Shown in pieces: positions 26,883-32,000 of a stretch of 32,000 bases of DNA. The position numbers and the translations under genes are program-made. Within the stretch, counting starts at the first letter, position 1. Each line of letters opens with the position of its first letter. The DNA is from Candidatus Thorarchaeota archaeon (GTDB taxonomy: Archaea; Asgardarchaeota; Heimdallarchaeia; Hodarchaeales; Hodarchaeaceae): positions 9,860 to 41,859 of the forward strand of contig JBHLRO010000024.1 of the NCBI GenBank assembly GCA_048882505.1, read 5' to 3'. Below the pieces are notes generated by a model. It was not told the DNA's origin. It saw only the letters and a list, made by a program, of their open reading frames with translations, and did no database searches.

Positions 26883-27812
26883 GTGAAAAATCTGGATTTT
26901 GTGCTCCACGAACCCGATATGTTGTGCGGAATCATAAAGCGTGAATGGAATGCAGATGATCCCAACTACCATTTGTTGGGCGTTCCTCTTGATATTTCTT
27001 CAACTTATCGTACTGGATCGCGTCACGGCCCTGAATATCTACGTCGTGTTTTTACCTCTGAAAATTTTGAATGTACGACCGAACAGGGAATCGATCTAAT
27101 CCAGCATTTTCGTATAAAAGATTGGGGAAACGTGGGAATTATTCCCACAGACATAGAAAAAAGCCTAAAATTCGTATCTGAAGGCATCCAGGATCTTCTT
27201 GATACCAAGCAGCCCTTCTTGATTGTTGGTGGGGATCACAGCATCACGATCGGGATTGGGGAGGCATTTGAGGCCTCAAAGTTCCCGTTTTACTCAATCT
27301 ACATCGATGCGCATCTTGATTTATATTTGGAGATGAAAGGATCTCCTCTTTCACACGCATGTTCGCTTAGGCGTCTGTCCGAAATGGAGTTTTTCCAGGG
27401 AGCAACGGTTCTGGGGTACCGTGATTTCACTTTGGCTCAACTTGAATACGCCAAAACAGCAGATATTACTCCTATTTCCCTTATTAAATTACTCCAGGAA
27501 GAGGATCTCTTCCAATATGGATACGAGTTAGCTCAATCATTGATTAGCAAAGAGAACAGAATCCACGTCTCTTTAGACTTGGATGTTTTGGATCCTAGTT
27601 ATGCACCAGGAGTGAATAATCCTGTGTCCGGTGGAATGGGGACACGACAACTGATCGAACTATTAACAGGCATTTTTCAGGGCTTAAGCAAGCCAAGAGC
27701 TGTCAGCTGGGATATTGTTGAGTTTAATCCGCTATATGATCTCTCCGAAATAACGGCCTTTACCGTTGTCAAGTTAATGATCGAAGGACTAGGGGCCCAG
27801 ATTAAGAAGTAG
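26883..27812 (+). CDS. speB: Agmatinase / ureohydrolase (arginase family)
   Basis: GVPLD..STYRTGSRHGP, GGDHSIT, DAHLD, SHA, SLDLDVLDPSYAPGV..PVSGG, DIVEFNP; full set of Mn ligands. Confidence 0.92.
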   Translation: MKNLDFVLHEPDMLCGIIKREWNADDPNYHLLGVPLDISSTYRTGSRHGPEYLRRVFTSENFECTTEQGIDLIQHFRIKDWGNVGIIPTDIEKSLKFVSEGIQDLLDTKQPFLIVGGDHSITIGIGEAFEASKFPFYSIYIDAHLDLYLEMKGSPLSHACSLRRLSEMEFFQGATVLGYRDFTLAQLEYAKTADITPISLIKLLQEEDLFQYGYELAQSLISKENRIHVSLDLDVLDPSYAPGVNNPVSGGMGTRQLIELLTGIFQGLSKPRAVSWDIVEFNPLYDLSEITAFTVVKLMIEGLGAQIKK

Positions 27813-28088
27813 GATGCAGCCATGCTACAACTGAAGCAAGGTTGTATTTGTACCCGTCCAAACCAGCATTTATTCGAGCATCGTGACTAACCAGTATGAT
27901 TATGACCTTCAATTGAATAAACATTCTCAAAACGGACTAATCAAAGATAAAATCATGGTATGACGTAATGAAATCAGGATTCCTGACAACAACAGCGGAA
28001 TAACTAATATTGGCGAACCAGCAATACTTAAATCAGTTATTAGTTAGGAAAATTGGAAATTACTCCTCCCTCCCTGGAACCCTGCATT

Positions 28089-28741
28089 ATGAAAACTCCC
28101 AAAACTGTTCAAATAAAACTGTTAAAATGGACTCTTATTGGTATCTGTGGAATCGTTGTTTTTGCTTATTCCGCGCTACTTCTTCCTTTTCTTCGCCAAA
28201 TCCACTTTTTTTTGACATTCAAGGGCCAGAGAAACTCTACAATGATCTGATTGTGTTGGGCTGGATACCAATTGCGTTCCTGATCACAGTAGGGTATTTT
28301 TATGTTTCCCATCTGGAGCATCTATTATGGACCATATGGGAGATTTTGTGGGGTTGTGCCCTTTATCTTACTTACAAAAACCGTAAGATTTGGAGCCTAA
28401 AAAGGCAATTCCTCAGTCATGTGTCCGTAGCCAGTTTCGCATTGATCCCTTTCATATTATGGAACGTGCTGGTAACTCCTGAAAAACCAGGTATACCCAT
28501 GGTTTCTGATATTCAAGTATTAGACCCATTCTATACCATCCAAGTTTCCTGGATAATTCCCTTATGGTTCGTTATCTGGTGTTATGGCTGGATCATGGAT
28601 GTCCCCCGAATTTCTATCAAACAGCAAAAATGGGACCTAATCCGTCTTATATGGTTATGTCTGTTTTTACTAATCCAATTCTATGTTATGTTTTTATTGG
28701 GAGAATATATCTGGTGGGTACCCTCGGGCCCAGTTATATGA
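28089..28741 (+). pseudogene. Hypothetical multi-TM membrane protein split by a frameshift at a T8 run
   Basis: ATG 28089 frame gives MKTPKTVQIKLLKWTLIGICGIVVFAYSALLLPFLRQIHFF; the long hydrophobic frame continues FFDIQGPEKLYNDL... to the stop at 28741. The frames cross at T8 (28206-28213). Could be a sequencing error. Confidence 0.5.
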
Positions 28742-28783
28742 CATTTCTCTTGGGGGAATATACCTGGAGGGTACCCTCGCCAG
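28691..28783 (+). repeat. Imperfect tandem duplication (53-bp period) of the 3' end of the membrane-protein gene
   Basis: 28691-28726 vs 28744-28779 are 31/36 identical, encoding FLLGEYIWWVPS and FLLGEYTWRVPS. Confidence 0.85.
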
Positions 28784-29021
28784 GATATTTTAAGATTCAA
28801 GAGAGGGGAGCCCAAATCCAAAAATAGTCTGGCATCACCATAACTAAGGCATTTTTATTCGATTTATGGAATTCGTTTCTATTTTGGGCTCGTTCCGTTG
28901 TTCTGACCTGATCAAAACCTCGATTCATGTGAATGAAACCATAGAAAACCTTAAAAACGGGGGTGGGTAGGCATATGGAATCGATTATGACCCATATTGT
29001 GTCATATGGAGATTAAAGTAG

Positions 29022-30248
29022 TTGGGACGAAAAAAGATCTCTTTAGTATTCATGGTGGCATTTAACATTCTTGTCTTGGGAGTTATGAGTATATCGACCA
29101 CCAGTTTGACTATTGGATATACGACGATGATCAACGGGCAGGAACTTTTGGTCATCGAAAACGGAACCCCAGAGGGAGAGAATGCCATCAATCTGTTAAA
29201 GGGAGGAAAGGCCCGGGCTGAGTCGTTCTCTGTGAATAAAACAAGTTTTATTGACAGTATTTCTCTCAATCTAGATCTATCAGGACCGGATGGTGTGGAT
29301 GCACCTACTGCACATATTCAGGTTTTTAATACCAATTCGTCTCTCCTGCCTGTCCGGCCAATAACCACGGAAGTAAATATGGTTTTAGTGAGTCCTGGTT
29401 TACAGAATTTTACCAATTTAAATTGGGTGGTTGATCCTCTAAACACCTATAATAACACTTTTTATCTCTCAGTATATGCTATTCATTCACAAAAGACAAT
29501 AACATGGCGATACGTTCTTGATAGTACCAATGGAGATCAGGCCGATGTTTATAGATGGGAGGCCCCCATCTGGGTTAAGGATGACAACGGAATCGGCGGT
29601 GACATTGATTACATTCTCCAGCTGGAAATAACAACACCTCCAGATCCTATAGTTAGCATTGTGTCACCGTTAGCGCAAGCGTACGGAACCAACACAATCA
29701 AAGTGGCTTTTTCAGGAAACTGTCCTCATTATTGGTACTATATTGAGGGTGTAGACAATCAGAATCAGACCTGGGTTGCAGACCTGGATCGTGTCTTAAC
29801 GGATGGGAGCTATACTCTACATGCTTATGGCAACAATTCCTTCGACACCATTTCAACAGTCTCGGTCATATTCACAGTTGATACCGTTGCCCCCGTTGTT
29901 GTTATCAAATCACCCATTGCTAAAACTTACAAAACAGATATTATCTCTATAAATCTCTCTGGTGATGCAGGTACTTATTGGTATTACATAGAAGGTATTG
30001 ACACAATCAATCAGACTTGGATAGAAAGCACAGATCGTGTTATCCCTGATGGAACTTACACCATGCACGCATATGGGAATGACTCTGCTGGAAATATCGG
30101 CCATTCAACTGCAGGCTTCATCATTGATACTTCTTCTACCACTGATACCTCTTCAGTAACAATCCCAGTTGGAACCTCTGGTTGGATCCTCCCTCTGGTA
30201 ATCGGTGCGCTCGTTACTCTGAAGCGTTCGATAAGGTCCAAGCGATGA
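29022..30248 (+). CDS. Cell-surface glycoprotein: signal peptide, unknown N-terminal domain, two Ig-like repeats, Thr/Ser linker, C-terminal anchor
   Basis: Basic + hydrophobic N-terminus; 10 N-x-S/T sequons by my count; C-terminus TSGWILPLVIGALVTLKRSIRSKR. Confidence 0.8.
   Translation: MGRKKISLVFMVAFNILVLGVMSISTTSLTIGYTTMINGQELLVIENGTPEGENAINLLKGGKARAESFSVNKTSFIDSISLNLDLSGPDGVDAPTAHIQVFNTNSSLLPVRPITTEVNMVLVSPGLQNFTNLNWVVDPLNTYNNTFYLSVYAIHSQKTITWRYVLDSTNGDQADVYRWEAPIWVKDDNGIGGDIDYILQLEITTPPDPIVSIVSPLAQAYGTNTIKVAFSGNCPHYWYYIEGVDNQNQTWVADLDRVLTDGSYTLHAYGNNSFDTISTVSVIFTVDTVAPVVVIKSPIAKTYKTDIISINLSGDAGTYWYYIEGIDTINQTWIESTDRVIPDGTYTMHAYGNDSAGNIGHSTAGFIIDTSSTTDTSSVTIPVGTSGWILPLVIGALVTLKRSIRSKR
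29646..30128 (+). repeat. Two intragenic repeats with 82-codon (246-bp) period, Ig-like
   Basis: P.V.I.SP.A..Y.T..I....SG....YWYYIEG.D..NQTW....DRV..DG.YT.HAYGN.S...I......F..D occurs twice. Confidence 0.9.
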
Positions 30249-30335
30249 TCTGCCTTCTTACGGAAGATAGGTAAATCTGAGTCGATTTATTTTCCTTTGA
30301 TTCAATAGGCATAACATGGGATGTCGTAAATTCCC

Positions 30336-31247
30336 CTATTCTTGAATCGCCTGAACGGCCTTGAAAATACCATCACACAATGTCCTATCTTTTCTCTGTC
30401 TTCGTCCTAAGAACTGTTTGATATCCTCTGGTGTTTTGATTGTAGCTTCTGCTATGGCTATTAGTTTCTTCTTGTCAAGAATCATAAATGGTGCCCGATC
30501 TTGTCTCCGTGCTTCCACGTCTCTCCAAGAATAGAGTGCTTTCAGGACTTTTCTCGAGTAAAACGATAGTTCAGACGCCCCTCCAATTTTGATGAAATTC
30601 TCTGGATTGAACTGTTTTTCCTTGGGCATAATACGTTCTAATCGGCTGCATTTTTCCTTAAATTCCTCATAACGCGGTAATTTTTCTAGGAACAGCTCTC
30701 GTAATTCGATTAAGTATCGGACATCAGTTGCAGCATACGCTATCCACTCTTTAGGTAATGGTCGTTTGGCCCAATCGACTTTATTCAATTTTTTTGTGTG
30801 CTCTACTTGTAATACCTGTTTTAGGAGGTTGTCAAGCCCGAGCTTTCTAAATCCGAGGTGTTGCCCCGCTATGGATGTATCAAAGATGCTTCTTGGTGCG
30901 ATGGAAAGGGTCTTCTTGAGAAGCGTAATATCATACGTTGGATCGTGCATGACTTTTTCGATTGCAGGATCTTCCAAGATCTCTTTAACAGGTGAAATAT
31001 CCAATCCTGCCAGAGGATCAATGAGGTATATATCCGCTGGAGTTCCAATCTGAATTAGACAAATTTTTTCATAATATCGGTGAAAAGAATCGGCCTCCAG
31101 ATCAACCCCGATAATACGGCCGCCCCTTATTTCGTCGATGACCTGATTATAGTCCTCTGGTCTGTGGATATATTTTACACTTTTTCTCTCACATTTTTGT
31201 CGAATTTCGTCCCCTCTTAAGGGTAGAACATCAAAATTATTACTCAT
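30336..31247 (-). CDS. rnd: Ribonuclease D family 3'-5' exoribonuclease (DEDDy + HRDC)
   Basis: VDLEADS...ICLIQI, KVMHD..YD, FDT..A...LG, DW.KRPL...YAATDV; HRDC LYSWRD.EARRQDRAPFMIL. ATG at 31247 (in-frame TTG at 31262). Confidence 0.92.
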   Translation of the reverse strand: MSNNFDVLPLRGDEIRQKCERKSVKYIHRPEDYNQVIDEIRGGRIIGVDLEADSFHRYYEKICLIQIGTPADIYLIDPLAGLDISPVKEILEDPAIEKVMHDPTYDITLLKKTLSIAPRSIFDTSIAGQHLGFRKLGLDNLLKQVLQVEHTKKLNKVDWAKRPLPKEWIAYAATDVRYLIELRELFLEKLPRYEEFKEKCSRLERIMPKEKQFNPENFIKIGGASELSFYSRKVLKALYSWRDVEARRQDRAPFMILDKKKLIAIAEATIKTPEDIKQFLGRRQRKDRTLCDGIFKAVQAIQE

Positions 31248-31590
31248 TTGTAAGTTCCCCAATACAAATTAAACGTGATCATCTGCCTTTTTAAGAAATT
31301 AGGCTTCGCCAGGTGTTGAAACTTGATAATCTATATTGTAATTAAATGATCTTGGAGCAAATTAATAAAAAAAACTTAGATTCGGGCTATACATCTTTTA
31401 TGTATCACACATCTTCTTTAATTACTCATAATACCCTAATTATAGTAATTTATGGTGCGATACAAAAAGTGGGTATGAATAGAAATGAAGCAAAATGCCA
31501 ACCAAGAATTCATCTGTTCTTTTGGTTGGAGAAGATAGGGAACCGATTTGGTTATATTTCTAAATTGATTGATGTATGAAGGTGAATAGA

Positions 31591-32000
31591 ATGCGTGAGG
31601 CAACGAAATTCTTGGAAACAGAGATGAATGAGATCCGTGAAGCTGGTAGAGAGTGGATACATCGTGTTCTCGAAGGCGCTTCAGACACGGTTTGCAAAGT
31701 AGAGGGTAAAGAGGTCATTATGCTTTGCTCCAATAACTATTTGGGTCTCAGTAACCACCCAAAGATGAAAGAGGCAGCTATTGAAGCTGTAAGAACTCAC
31801 GGAGTAGGATCTGGGTCTGTTCGCGCAATTGCGGGTAACATGGACTTGCATGAGAAATGGGAACAACGATTGGCAGAGTTTAAGGAACAAGAGGCGGCCT
31901 TTATTACCTCTGCGGGCTTTACCGCTAATCAAGGAGTTATCCAACAGCTGGCGCCGACAGCCGATGATGTTATTTTATCTGATGAATTGAACCACGGATC
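31591..32000 (+). CDS. Glycine C-acetyltransferase (Kbl) / 8-amino-7-oxononanoate synthase family PLP enzyme, 3' truncated (absent from the ORF track)
   Basis: My translation: MREATKFLETEMNEIREAG...MLCSNNYLGLSNHP...GVGSGSVRAIAG...SAGFTANQG...LSDELNHGS. AGGTGA SD 5 nt upstream of ATG. Confidence 0.92.
   Translation, partial: MREATKFLETEMNEIREAGREWIHRVLEGASDTVCKVEGKEVIMLCSNNYLGLSNHPKMKEAAIEAVRTHGVGSGSVRAIAGNMDLHEKWEQRLAEFKEQEAAFITSAGFTANQGVIQQLAPTADDVILSDELNHG

Noticed and set aside
28691-28783. CRISPR array
   Set aside because: Only two imperfect copies, both protein-coding in character, with no spacer series, leader or cas genes.
31346-31579. 77-aa ORF between rnd and the kbl-like gene
   Set aside because: Very AT-rich, no motif or clear SD, and it occupies the expected divergent promoter region.
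1-32000. tRNA, rRNA, transposase or integrase genes
   Set aside because: No cloverleaf with a T-loop consensus, no rRNA-like stretch and no recombinase motifs were seen; a tRNAscan/Infernal run would be needed to exclude divergent RNAs.

Overview
Gene-dense archaeal chromosomal segment, most likely from an Asgard archaeon of the Heimdallarchaeia/Hodarchaeales type. That assignment is an inference from the eukaryote-like STT3, the Thr/Ser-linker + SGW + TM + basic C-terminal anchor on the surface protein, and the style of the TPR protein. No mobile element, CRISPR array, tRNA or rRNA was recognised. Left part: end of orc1/cdc6, PolD DP1, STT3/AglB, PRC-barrel protein, UPF0148 Zn-ribbon protein, ValRS, an APH-like kinase and a stand-alone unsplit rpoB. 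Middle: a scrambled version of the conserved archaeal L39e-L31e-eIF6-LX-pfdA-ftsY-secE-spt5-L11-L1-L10 superoperon, including an eL39 gene missed by the ORF track that appears to start at CTG; then truD, a Cren7-like/winged-helix protein, eL34 and DUF106. Right part: the most interesting locus, a divergent agmatine/polyamine cluster (fold-III PLP decarboxylase with an atypical Cys->Asn active site, deoxyhypusine synthase, TiaS and a TPR protein on one strand; agmatinase on the other), linking polyamine supply to tRNA-Ile agmatidine and aIF5A modification. It is followed by a frameshifted membrane-protein gene with duplicated tails, an Ig-repeat surface glycoprotein, RNase D and the start of a kbl/bioF-type PLP enzyme. 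All family calls come from motifs recognised by eye; no searches were run.
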